From NCBI GenBank assembly GCA_963727525.1, contig CAVSGO010000007.1:1344001-1408000 (forward strand): a DNA stretch of 64,000 bases, written 5' to 3'. A program made the position numbers and the translations under genes. Every line of letters starts with the position of its first letter. The stretch's first letter is position 1. The notes beneath the pieces were generated by a model. The model was not told where the DNA came from and did not search any database. It saw nothing but the letters and a program-made list of their open reading frames with translations. This stretch comes from an uncultured bacterium. Lineage in GTDB: Bacteria > Krumholzibacteriota > Krumholzibacteriia > LZORAL124-64-63. Below, piece after piece: positions 42,970-52,461 of this stretch.

Positions 42970-44459
42970 GGCTCTCCGCGGAAGGTCCGTTCGAGGTGGG
43001 CGAGCTTCATTTCCAGCTCCCGATTCCAGATGCGATTCAGGGCCGTGTCAGCGCGCCGGCGCCACAGGGGCGACGCATCCGCGAGCGCGGCCTCGAGCTG
43101 CCAGCGGTGCTCGAAACTCCGCCCGGCGAGCCCGCGCAACGCCCGGAGCTGATCGAGGCTGAGCCAGTCCGCGTCGACACTCAGGTTGATCCGCCCGAGG
43201 TCGACCTTCAGCGGCAACACCTCGGCCGCTTCCACCGCGGCCCGCGCCTGGTCGCCCGAAAGGTGCGTCACCTTTTCCACGCGCGACTGGAGAGCCACGG
43301 CATTGTCGAAATCCCGCCCGGCGAGGGCGTCGAATCCCGCGCCAGGAATGCCGCGCGCCTCGAGGTGGGCCACGACTGCGCTGTCGATACGGTAGGTCAC
43401 CGCGCGCGCCACCGGCTGGTCGAAGACGTTCTCCACGAAGAATAGCAGGAAGAACGCGATCGCTCCCGCCGCGATCGGCGTGATCAGCCAGCCCAGACCG
43501 ATCTCGCCGAGCGCACGCCAGCGGACGCCGCGTCCACCCTTGAGCAGTCCGAGTCCGATGATCGCCCCCACGACCGCCTGGCTCGCCGAGACGGGCACGA
43601 GCGGGAAGGTGGGCAAGCCATGCTGGGCGAGCCACGCCTGCAGCCCCTCGCTCGCGAAGAGCGTGAGCACCAGCGCGGTGGCCAGCACCACGACGATGGC
43701 CGCCTCCGGCGAGATGCGCATGAGTCTGCCGCCGACGGTGCGCATCACGCGCCCCGAGTACGTGAGCACGCCCGAGGCGATGGCCAGTCCGCCGAGCAGG
43801 AACAGAAGCTGGTCCGCGGAGAGCGTGAAGAGTCCGCCCACCGATGCGGCGCGGAACGGGTTGTCGGGCACGAAGACACCCACCACGTTGGCGATGTTGT
43901 TGGCTCCGAGGCTGAACGAGCCCAGCGCGCCCACGACGATGAGCGCCGCGCGCACGTACGCATCCTGGCGCATCATGTGCGGCCGCGTGGCGCGCAGCAA
44001 CCACCGCATCAACAGGTAAAGGAGCGCCGCCGCCAGTGCGGCGATCGCCGGGCTGAGCACCCAGGTCGTGAGGATCATCAGCAGCACGCTCGTGTCGGTG
44101 AGCGACGCGGTGTAGAGGTTCCAGCCGAGAATGGCGCCGACCACGGCCTGGCCGGTGGAGATGGGCAGTCCGGCGCGCGTCATGATGAGCGTGGCGAGCG
44201 CCGCCGCGAGCGCCACCGTGAACGAGCCACCGATCGCCGTCACCGACCCCAACCGTGCCAGGGTACCGGTCGGGCCGGAGCCGCCGATCACGGCGCCCGC
44301 CACCACGGCCACGGAACAGATGATCGTCGCCATGCGCAGCGTCACCATACGGCTGCCCACCGCGGTGCCGAACACGCTGGCCGCATTGTTCGCGCCCAGC
44401 GACCAGCCCAGAAAGAGGCCGCTCGAGAGGAAGACGAGGATTCCCAGGCCCAGGTTCAT
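42966..44459 (-). CDS. Inorganic phosphate transporter (PiT family) with soluble C-terminal extension
   Basis: GANNAA and GANNIAN signature repeats, PVS.SQAVVG. Confidence 0.9.
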   Translation of the reverse strand: MNLGLGILVFLSSGLFLGWSLGANNAASVFGTAVGSRMVTLRMATIICSVAVVAGAVIGGSGPTGTLARLGSVTAIGGSFTVALAAALATLIMTRAGLPISTGQAVVGAILGWNLYTASLTDTSVLLMILTTWVLSPAIAALAAALLYLLMRWLLRATRPHMMRQDAYVRAALIVVGALGSFSLGANNIANVVGVFVPDNPFRAASVGGLFTLSADQLLFLLGGLAIASGVLTYSGRVMRTVGGRLMRISPEAAIVVVLATALVLTLFASEGLQAWLAQHGLPTFPLVPVSASQAVVGAIIGLGLLKGGRGVRWRALGEIGLGWLITPIAAGAIAFFLLFFVENVFDQPVARAVTYRIDSAVVAHLEARGIPGAGFDALAGRDFDNAVALQSRVEKVTHLSGDQARAAVEAAEVLPLKVDLGRINLSVDADWLSLDQLRALRGLAGRSFEHRWQLEAALADASPLWRRRADTALNRIWNRELEMKLAHLERTFRGEP

Positions 44460-44467
44460 CGCGCCGC

Positions 44468-45109
44468 CTACATCTGCCGCTTGATGGCGTAGATCGCCAG
44501 GCGTCCGGCCACGTGCTCGGCCGTGTCGGCCACGAAGTCCACCGACTCGGCGAAGTACCGGAGCTGCACCTTGTGCGCGAGTTCGAGATCGCCGGCGAAA
44601 ATGCGCCGCTTCAGCTCCAGGCCGATATGATCCGCCTGGCCCTCGAAGTGGTATACCTTGACCAGGTGGTCCGACACGGCGGCGGGATCGCGGAAGAATC
44701 GCCGCGCCGCCAGCACGACGGCCTCGGCGGCCTCGGCGGCCGATTCGGTGAGGCGCCGGAACTCGTCGCCCAGCGGATGCGGCACCTGCGGCCGTTCCAC
44801 GTCGAAGCGGTGCAGGCAGCTCTTGGCGCGGTCGATGATGTCGTCGGTGTGCTCGAGCAGGCCGAGCACGTCGCCGCGGTGCTCGGGGATGAGCGAGTGG
44901 CTGTAGAGGAACGACTCGACCTCGCGGCTCAGATGATCGGCATTGCGCTCGAGTTCGTCGATCAACGCCAGCTTGGCCGCGAAATCGCGCTCGCGATCGC
45001 CGAGGTAGTCGTCGATGCCGTCGCGAAAGATGAGGATGCCCTTCGTGATGGTGTCGAGGAAATCGTCGATCTGCTTCTCGACCACGATCGTCTTGCCGAA
45101 GAACGGCAT
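44468..45109 (-). CDS. DUF47/PhoU-like phosphate transport regulator
   Basis: LERNAD and FEGQAD helical repeats; adjacent to PiT. Confidence 0.88.
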   Translation of the reverse strand: MPFFGKTIVVEKQIDDFLDTITKGILIFRDGIDDYLGDRERDFAAKLALIDELERNADHLSREVESFLYSHSLIPEHRGDVLGLLEHTDDIIDRAKSCLHRFDVERPQVPHPLGDEFRRLTESAAEAAEAVVLAARRFFRDPAAVSDHLVKVYHFEGQADHIGLELKRRIFAGDLELAHKVQLRYFAESVDFVADTAEHVAGRLAIYAIKRQM

Positions 45110-45125
45110 GTCTACCTCCCGGCGT

Positions 45126-45590
45126 TCACCAGCGCGAGTAGGGGTTCACGGCAAGCTGCGAGTTCTTGTAACGGTGGTCGTCGGTCACCTCGGCACCCAC
45201 CCAGGGCGGCCGCGGAAACGTGTCGGCGGCGTGCTCCAGCTCGAGCTCGGCGAGCACGAGACCGGCGTTCTCGCCGGCGAACACGTCCACCTCCCAGACC
45301 CGCTCACCGTGCGCCACACGGTGGCGCACCTTGCGGATGATCGGTCCGGGGCACAGCGACAGGAGCTGCCTCGCGTCGTCCACCGGAATCGCGTACTCGA
45401 ACTCCAACCGCTCGGGTCCACGCGACGCACCCTTGATTGTGAGCCAGGCGGCTTCGGCGGCCCGGCGCACGCGCACCGTCGGCGTGGTGCCACTCGTGAG
45501 GTAGCCCTGTTCGTATTCGGTACTCGTGACGACGTCGGCACGCCAGCCGTCGTCCGCCACCAGGAACTTGCGCTCGATCTCGCGTCCCAC
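45126..45590 (-). CDS. CYTH domain (triphosphate tunnel) protein
   Basis: EIERKFLV, QGYL, RVR, LTIKG, WEVDVF, AELEL. Confidence 0.93.
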   Translation of the reverse strand: MGREIERKFLVADDGWRADVVTSTEYEQGYLTSGTTPTVRVRRAAEAAWLTIKGASRGPERLEFEYAIPVDDARQLLSLCPGPIIRKVRHRVAHGERVWEVDVFAGENAGLVLAELELEHAADTFPRPPWVGAEVTDDHRYKNSQLAVNPYSRW

Positions 45591-45751
45591 GGCCACTCCT
45601 TCCGCGCTCCCCAGCATAGTCCGCGCGACGCCGGCTGTCCAAGACCATTCCCCCTGGCGATGGCCATGCCGGGCGGCTAAGCTGGTGCCTGTCCGATGGG
45701 TGGCCGGGTTCGTCGTCGAGGGGATCGGGCGCCGGCAGGAGGAGTCTCGCG

Positions 45752-46453
45752 ATGTGCGGCCGCATCACTCTGAAGTCGCCCGCTCAGCTCGTGGCCGAGG
45801 AGTTCCAGCTCGCCCACGTGCCGGAGCTGATCCCGCGCTACAACATCGCCCCCACGCAACCGGTGCTCGCCGTCCTCCTGGACTCCGACGGCCGGCGGAC
45901 GCCTCGCGCCCTGAAGTGGGGCCTCGTTCCGCCCTGGAGTCGCGACCCCCGCAACGGTGCCAAGATGTTCAACGCGCGCGGCGAGACGGTGATGGAGAAG
46001 CCGGCCTTCCGCGAGGCCTTTGCGCACCGCCGCTGCCTGATCCCGGTCGACGGCTTCTACGAATGGCGCAAGCAGGGACGTGAACGCTTGCCGCTCTACT
46101 TTCACGCCGGCGACGATCGGCTGCTGGCGCTGGCCGGATTGTGGGAACACTGGGAGTACCCGGGCGGCGAGGTCATCGAGTCGTGCAGCATCCTGACAAC
46201 CGCCGCCAACGATCTGATGCGTCCCATCCACCACCGCATGCCCGTGATCCTGGACCGCGCGTCCCGCGAACCGTGGCTGAGGACACCGCCCGACGCCGCT
46301 GCGGCGTTGCTTCCCCTGCTGCAGCCGGCGCGCGAGGGGTGGCTGGCGGCCCACCCGGTGGCGTCCCTGGTCAACAAGCCGGCGAACGACGGTCCGGAAC
46401 TGATCGTGCCGCAGCACCGCACGCCGCCGGGGCAGCTGAATCTCTTCTCATAG
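45752..46453 (+). CDS. SOS response-associated peptidase (SRAP/YedK/HMCES family)
   Basis: N-terminal MCGR, RYNIAP, NARGET, GFYEW, HHRMPVIL. Confidence 0.95.
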   Translation: MCGRITLKSPAQLVAEEFQLAHVPELIPRYNIAPTQPVLAVLLDSDGRRTPRALKWGLVPPWSRDPRNGAKMFNARGETVMEKPAFREAFAHRRCLIPVDGFYEWRKQGRERLPLYFHAGDDRLLALAGLWEHWEYPGGEVIESCSILTTAANDLMRPIHHRMPVILDRASREPWLRTPPDAAAALLPLLQPAREGWLAAHPVASLVNKPANDGPELIVPQHRTPPGQLNLFS

Positions 46454-46461
46454 ATCGTCTT

Positions 46462-47805
46462 CTAGATCGTCTTTTCAGAGATCTTCGCCGTCGCGACGCG
46501 CCCGGTCTCGTACTGCTCGAGCAACTCCGCCAGCAGCCGCGGCACCAGAGCCAGGTGTTCCGGCGTTTCCACGTACGCGATGCGCATCTGCGTGGCCCCT
46601 GGATTGGGCGCGCCCGGCGGCAGGCTGTAGAAGCCGGCCATCGGGGCCGTCAGCAACGTGAGCTGCCGCGCGTCGACGTCCACGGCCCCCTCCCGCGCGC
46701 ACCAGGAGACAAAGGCTTTCGCGTCGAAGCCGGACTGCACAATGTCGCGCACGTCCACCACCGAGTAGATGCTTGCGTCCGGATTCGAGACGATGATCCC
46801 GGGGATCGTGCCGTGCAGCCCCTCCGTCACTCGCAGCAGCAGACGGCGGTAGTACTCGCGCTGGCTTGCGAACCAGCGCCGCAGATCGTCGCGCGACTCG
46901 TGGGCGATGGCTCCGAAGATCCACTGGCCGATGTGGCTGCTGCACAGGCTGGCCGTGTTCTCGGCGACGGCGCGTGCATGCAGCTCGGGGTTGTCGGTGA
47001 CCAGGGCGCCGATGCGCAGGCCGCAGGCGTTCCAAACCTTGCTCGTCGTCTCGATGCTCACACGCCTCCCGGTGATGCCGGGCACCTCGTCCTCGCTGAT
47101 TCCCCAGATGCTCACCGGGCCATCGCCGGTGTAGTACAGTTCGCGGTAGGCCTCGTCGCTGATCAACCACATGCCGTGCTCCACGCACAGTCGCGCCAGG
47201 TCGCATAGCTGCTGCCGCGTGTAGAGCTGGCCGGTGGGATTGTCATACGGGATGACGACGAGCGCGCCGGGGCGGTGCTCGCGGATGACGGCCTCGATCT
47301 GTGCGATGTTCGGCAGCGTGAAGCGACCATCTTCCTGCAGGTTGCGCGTGATCGACACCGTGGCGCGGCCCAGGCGATCGGCGAAGCTCTTGTAGTTCGT
47401 GTAGGCCGCGTCGATGAGCATGAGCGGCTTCTCGGCGCTGCCGGCTGGACCACAACAGCCCACGATCACCAGTTCCATCGCCTGACTGCCCCCGTCGGTG
47501 ATCTGCACGTGCAAACCATCCACGGGCAGATCGCTGGCCGCGATGATCGTACGGAAGGCCAGGATCGTCTCGGGTAGCCCCACCGTGGCGGTGTACTTCA
47601 CCACACCGTCGGCGAATGGGCTGCCGGGCGTGCCCAGATGGCGCAGCCGATCGGTCATCGCGGGATGCATCGGCAAGGTGACGTTGCCGATCGCCACGTT
47701 GATGGCTTCCACCTGATCGGTGCGCCTGGCGAACTCGATCTGAGCCATACGGATGACGCTGGGCTGGCGGCTGGCGTAGTGCGCGGAGAGCGTGGCCTCG
47801 GCCAT
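46462..47805 (-). CDS. Class I/II PLP-dependent aminotransferase
   Basis: DNPTG, SDEAYREL, TSKVWNACGLRIG. Confidence 0.9.
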   Translation of the reverse strand: MAEATLSAHYASRQPSVIRMAQIEFARRTDQVEAINVAIGNVTLPMHPAMTDRLRHLGTPGSPFADGVVKYTATVGLPETILAFRTIIAASDLPVDGLHVQITDGGSQAMELVIVGCCGPAGSAEKPLMLIDAAYTNYKSFADRLGRATVSITRNLQEDGRFTLPNIAQIEAVIREHRPGALVVIPYDNPTGQLYTRQQLCDLARLCVEHGMWLISDEAYRELYYTGDGPVSIWGISEDEVPGITGRRVSIETTSKVWNACGLRIGALVTDNPELHARAVAENTASLCSSHIGQWIFGAIAHESRDDLRRWFASQREYYRRLLLRVTEGLHGTIPGIIVSNPDASIYSVVDVRDIVQSGFDAKAFVSWCAREGAVDVDARQLTLLTAPMAGFYSLPPGAPNPGATQMRIAYVETPEHLALVPRLLAELLEQYETGRVATAKISEKTI

Positions 47806-48407
47806 GGTCGACTCCTCAGCGGGGTTTGGAAACGCGGGTGCCGGACCCCGAATCTGGTCAATGCCGTCGCCATCGGCAAGGCGCCACGAGACCGGGAGCA
47901 CACGCCGGCACACCGAAATCGGCGATCGACTCCCCAACCCCCGCGACCGTACGGCCACCGTAGTTCATGCAGAACCCGAACGATAGTATGGTAATCGCTT
48001 GAAATATTATACAGTTGCGAACGCGGATCGCGCGATCCAAAGGACCTCTCGAGGCGGCTGTCCGGGCTCACCCGCCCCGAGGCTCTCCCACGTTCTGATG
48101 GAATACATGGCGCTCGCGGGAACGGTTGTCGTGGCCGACGAGACGAACCGTTGCCAGGTTCCCAAGCGCCTCCAGAACCTCGCCAGGGTCCCACACGAGG
48201 GCGCGGACGGCCGGCGAGAGAACGTGGACGTCGCTGAACCCCGCGGTCAGCAACGTGATGGCCTTGCCATCGATGGTCACGAGGCACTATCCTTCTGGCG
48301 CGATTTCGCCGTTTGCGGCGATTTCGCGTTCCGCGGCGATCTTGGTCCTTCAGTCCCGTGAGGGCAGGCCGAACCCGCGAGACACACCCGCACCCGGAGC
48401 GTGAGAC

Positions 48408-49514
48408 ATGAAAGTGGCGTTCGTCGACCTCAAGGCCCAGTACGCGAGCATCAAGCCCGAGATCGATCAGGCCCTGGCTGCCGTGGTCGGCGACTGTGCG
48501 TTCATCGCAGGCAAGTATGCGACGGCGTTCGAGAACGACTTCGCGGCGTACATCGGTCGGCAGCACTGCGTCGGCGTGGCCAATGGCACGGACGCACTCT
48601 ACGTGGCCATGAAGGGGCTGGGCCTCGGCCCGGGCGACGAAGCCATCACCGCCGCCAACACGTTCATCGCCACTGCCGAGGCCATCACGCACACCGGCGC
48701 TGAGGTGGCCTTCGTCGACAACGATCCCCTCACGTACAACCTGGACATCGACCGAATCGAGGCCGCCATCACGCCGCGCACGCGGGCCATCGTCCCGGTG
48801 CATCTCTACGGCCAGCCCTGCGACATCGAGGGCGTGATGAGGATCGCGGCGAAGCACGATCTCCTCGTGATCGAGGACGCGGCACAGGCCCACGGTGCGA
48901 AGGTGGTCGACCGCAACGTCGGCACGTTCGGCCACTGCGCTTGCTACAGCTTCTATCCGGGCAAGAACCTGGGCGCCTACGGCGACGCCGGAGCTATCGT
49001 CACCGACGACGCGAAGCTCGACGCCTTCGCGCGCAGCTTTGCCAACCACGGCCGCAGCGAACAGTACTTCCACGACATCGAGGGCGTGAACAGCCGCCTC
49101 GACGGGTTCCAGGCGGCCGTCCTCGCCGTGAAGCTGCGCCACCTCGAGACGTGGACCGAGGCCCGCATCGCCACGGCCCGCCGCTATGACGCGGGGCTGC
49201 AGGGCGTGTGCGTGACACCCGCCGTCTCCCCCGGCGTGCGGCACGTCTACCACCTCTACGTCATCCGCGTGGCCAATCGCGACGAGGTGCGCCAGCACCT
49301 GCAGGAGGCCGGGATCGCCACCGGTATCCACTACCCCGTGGCGCTGCCCTATCTGCCGGCTTTCGCCCGACTCGGCCACCGGCCGCAGGATTTCCCGGTG
49401 GCCCACGGAGCCATGACCGAGATCCTCAGCCTGCCCATGCACGGCGATCTGACGAGCGACCAGATCGACCATGTGATCGAGACGGTGCGCCAGGTGGCCC
49501 GCATGCCCGAGTAG
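48408..49514 (+). CDS. DegT/DnrJ/EryC1/StrS sugar aminotransferase
   Basis: NGTDAL, PVHLYG, EDAAQAHG, SFYPGKNLGAYGDAG, NSRLD. Confidence 0.95.
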   Translation: MKVAFVDLKAQYASIKPEIDQALAAVVGDCAFIAGKYATAFENDFAAYIGRQHCVGVANGTDALYVAMKGLGLGPGDEAITAANTFIATAEAITHTGAEVAFVDNDPLTYNLDIDRIEAAITPRTRAIVPVHLYGQPCDIEGVMRIAAKHDLLVIEDAAQAHGAKVVDRNVGTFGHCACYSFYPGKNLGAYGDAGAIVTDDAKLDAFARSFANHGRSEQYFHDIEGVNSRLDGFQAAVLAVKLRHLETWTEARIATARRYDAGLQGVCVTPAVSPGVRHVYHLYVIRVANRDEVRQHLQEAGIATGIHYPVALPYLPAFARLGHRPQDFPVAHGAMTEILSLPMHGDLTSDQIDHVIETVRQVARMPE

Positions 49515-49537
49515 CCTGCCACCGCGCGGTCAGGCCC

Positions 49538-49572
49538 AAGAAACGCGGGGCCGGGGATCTCTCCCCGGCCCC
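49538..49572 (-). terminator. Intrinsic terminator between convergent genes
   Basis: 11-bp stem GGGGCCGGGGA/TCCCCGGCCCC; GTTTCTT follows on the minus strand. Confidence 0.7.
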
Positions 49573-49604
49573 AAACGTCCCGCCGCAGCGTACTCAGCTC
49601 GAGC

Positions 49605-50645
49605 TTACTCGAAGAGCGCCTTCACGGTCGACCAGCTGGTCGGCACGGTGGCGATGTCCGGCTCGATGCCTGTGATGCTGGCCACGTAGTCGTACATGTT
49701 GGGATCACCGGCTGGCGGCGCAAACACCGTCGGGCCGACCCAGAACCACACCGCTGCGCCATGGGCGTAGCCGGTGATCGTCATATAGGCCTCGAGGCAA
49801 GGACCGCCAGTCGCCTGCTGAGCAACGGCGACGCTCGCGCAGTCCTGGGGGCTGAGTTCGAACATGTAGGTCGCCTGCTCGGCATCCAGCGTCACATCGA
49901 TCGCCAGATCCGGCCCCATGAGCAAGATGAACCAGTCGGTGTCGCGGTACTGCGCGCCACCGGGGGAGCTGTACCAGCCGCTGACGCCGCACAACGTGAG
50001 CGCACCGTCATTGTTGTTGTCGATCAGGTTCTGGAACGGGAAGCCCGCCGAGTTGCAGCCACCGTTGTAGTGGTCCACGTAGCCGTCCATCAGGTCCGGC
50101 TCACCCTCGGCGACAGCGTCGCCGCCCGGGCATTCGAGGATGCAGGGCTGGTGCCACAAGACGGTGATCGTGTAGTCGCCATTGGCGGTGGAGTACCCGT
50201 CGACGACGATGTAGTACTGCACACCGGCCATCACCGGAGCCGTGAGCTGTGACTGCAAGCCACAGAAGTCGTCGTTGCAGGCGACTTCCACCAAGCCCGC
50301 ATCAAAGACATACAAGCCGGTGTCATAGGTGGAGCCGCAGAGCGAGATGTCCAGGGCTCCGTCCTCCGTCGGCGTGTAGGTGTAGACGACATCGGGTGCC
50401 CCCGCGTCATAGACGCACGCGCTCGAGTAGTCGTTAACGTAGCCTGTCGTGGTGCCCGCGTCGTTGTAGGGCAGACTGGAGATCACCGTCGCGTCGAAGA
50501 TGGTGTCGCCGCCCTGGAGCGCGGGGTTGGGAATATTCACGGGATAGACGGACGGGACCTTCACGGGAGCCTGGTTACCGACATCGGCGGCGGATGCAGC
50601 ACCGACCAGACAAAGTACGAGTGCAATCGTGAACAACTTCCACAT
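49605..50645 (-). CDS. Secreted Cys/Asp/Tyr-rich protein (PPC-like domain), paralog A, with WSTVKALFE tail
   Basis: Signal peptide MWKLFTIALVLCLVGAASA; PDVVY, YDT.LYV, CNDD.CG, YYIVVDGY. Confidence 0.85.
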   Translation of the reverse strand: MWKLFTIALVLCLVGAASAADVGNQAPVKVPSVYPVNIPNPALQGGDTIFDATVISSLPYNDAGTTTGYVNDYSSACVYDAGAPDVVYTYTPTEDGALDISLCGSTYDTGLYVFDAGLVEVACNDDFCGLQSQLTAPVMAGVQYYIVVDGYSTANGDYTITVLWHQPCILECPGGDAVAEGEPDLMDGYVDHYNGGCNSAGFPFQNLIDNNNDGALTLCGVSGWYSSPGGAQYRDTDWFILLMGPDLAIDVTLDAEQATYMFELSPQDCASVAVAQQATGGPCLEAYMTITGYAHGAAVWFWVGPTVFAPPAGDPNMYDYVASITGIEPDIATVPTSWSTVKALFE

Positions 50646-50834
50646 GGCTGCTGTCCCTTCGCTTGAGATCTGTGTACTCCATATCGGTCGCTCGTAGAAA
50701 TGCGGGCGATCGTATCCGAGGGTCTCGAGAACGGGGGCGATGCGTGTTCGCGATGCTGCGTCTTCAATCAGCGGCCGGCGGGTCCCCGCTGCCCCCATCA
50801 CTCGTCAATGACGAGATCCTATCACATCGGGATA

Positions 50835-50851
50835 TCACGATTCCATCACAA
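50835..50851. promoter_or_regulatory. Direct-repeat box TCACGATTCCATCACAA (copy 2)
   Basis: Identical to 330-346; about 190 bp upstream of the 50645 start in an AT-rich region. Confidence 0.5.
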
Positions 50852-51012
50852 AAGAATAAAGATATCCGTTTTTATAGAGACATCATCGGTGTAATTGCTC
50901 AATCAGGCCACCGCCAGTCAGGACCTCCCGGAACGGCGGGAACATCAAGGCGCGGATCGCGTTGGCCGTGCCCCGCCCCATCAACCGAACGGCCCGGAAC
51001 GCCATGACACGC

Positions 51013-51048
51013 AAAAAACCGGGACCGGCGCTTGCGCACCGGCCCCGG
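51013..51048 (-). terminator. Intrinsic terminator
   Basis: CCGGGGCCGG/CCGGTCCCGG stem followed by T6 on the minus strand. Confidence 0.8.
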
Positions 51049-51079
51049 CATGACCAGAAATCTGGTTCTCGAATCAGGC

Positions 51080-52138
51080 CTAGTTGAACAGGGCCTTCAC
51101 GGTCGACCAGTTCGCGGACTCGGTGGCCACATCGGGCTCGAGACCGGTGAAGCTGTCGACGTAGTTGTACTCGTTACCCGCACCGGACGGCGGTGCGAAG
51201 ACCGTCGAGCCGTTCCAGAACCACACCGTCTGGCCCTCGGCGTAACCGGTGATGGTCATGTAAGCCTCGAGGCACGGGCCACCGGTGGCCTGCTGAGCGA
51301 CGGCGACGGAGGCGCAGTCCTGGGGGCTGAGCTCGAACATGTAGGTCGCCTGCTCGGCGTCCAGCGTCACGTCGATCGCGCCGCTGGGGCCCATGGTGAG
51401 GATGTACCAGTCGGTGTCACGGTACTGCGCGCCACCCGGCGAGCTGTACCAGCCGCCAACGCCGCACAGGGTCAGGTTACCGGAGTTGTCGCCAATGAGG
51501 GTCTGGAACGGGGTACCGGCCGAGTTGCAGCCACCGTTCCAGTGGTCCACGTAGCCGTCCTGCAGCGTGGGCTCACCCTCGGCCACGGAGCCGGCCGGGC
51601 AGCTGATGATGCAGGGCACGTTCTCGGTGACGTCCATGGAGTAGTCACCGAACGAGCCGCCGTAACCGTCGACGATGATGTAGTAGGTCTGGCCGGCCGT
51701 CATGGCCACGTTCTCGACCTTGGAGGAGTACACGAAGCAAGGAGCGCTCAGGTAGAAGTCGTCGTTGCAGGCGACCAGCGCGAGCGAGCTGTCGTACACG
51801 TAAACCTTCGTGTCGTAGCTCGAGTTGCACAGGTCGACGTCGACGGCGACGTTGCTCGACGGGGTGTAGGAGTAGCACACGTCCGGCGCGGTCGAGCCGG
51901 TGTACGGGCAAGCCTCGTCGTAGTCGTTGACGTAGCCGGAGGTCGTGCCGCTGTCGCTATAAGGCACGCTCGAAATCACGGTCGCGGAGAAGATGGTGTC
52001 GCCACCCTGGAGTTCAGGGTTGGGGACGTTCTCGGGAACCACGGGAGTAGCCTTGACGGGAGCCTGAATGCCAAGGTCGTTGGCGGCGGCGACGCCGACC
52101 ATACACAGGACCAAGGCAATCGTGAGCAACTTACGCAT
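51080..52138 (-). CDS. Secreted Cys/Asp/Tyr-rich protein (PPC-like domain), paralog B, with WSTVKALFN tail
   Basis: Signal peptide MRKLLTIALVLCMVGVAAA; colinear with 49605-50645. Confidence 0.85.
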   Translation of the reverse strand: MRKLLTIALVLCMVGVAAANDLGIQAPVKATPVVPENVPNPELQGGDTIFSATVISSVPYSDSGTTSGYVNDYDEACPYTGSTAPDVCYSYTPSSNVAVDVDLCNSSYDTKVYVYDSSLALVACNDDFYLSAPCFVYSSKVENVAMTAGQTYYIIVDGYGGSFGDYSMDVTENVPCIISCPAGSVAEGEPTLQDGYVDHWNGGCNSAGTPFQTLIGDNSGNLTLCGVGGWYSSPGGAQYRDTDWYILTMGPSGAIDVTLDAEQATYMFELSPQDCASVAVAQQATGGPCLEAYMTITGYAEGQTVWFWNGSTVFAPPSGAGNEYNYVDSFTGLEPDVATESANWSTVKALFN

Positions 52139-52406
52139 GGTTCATTTTCCCTTCGCTTTAAGTGGGCCAACCTGAGTTGCGAGGGCGGATCCGGGCTTGC
52201 CGGGCCGCCCAATCGTTGGCGAGTGGTAACCTCTCTTGTCTATCCGGACCAGGTCGGGCCAGCCGCCCTGAACGAGGTCCAAATCACTCGCACATCGGAC
52301 TGTATCACGAATTCCGACTAAATTTCTAGAAGAAAATACTACAGAATCCATTTTTTTTTGTTCACTGCGGTCTGGATATCAGGAAACGCGATACCAGCGA
52401 GACGAC

Positions 52407-52441
52407 GACGGCCCGTGGCGCTGCGCGCGCCACGGGCCGTC
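52407..52441 (-). terminator. GC-rich hairpin downstream of hppA
   Basis: 15-bp perfect stem GACGGCCCGTGGCGC/GCGCCACGGGCCGTC; no clear U tract. Confidence 0.5.
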
Positions 52442-52461
52442 ATGCATTGCGAATAAATCAT

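Noticed and set aside
49605-52138. Diversity-generating retroelement TR/VR pair
   Set aside because: Both copies are full genes, differences are mostly synonymous and not adenine-specific, and no reverse transcriptase is present
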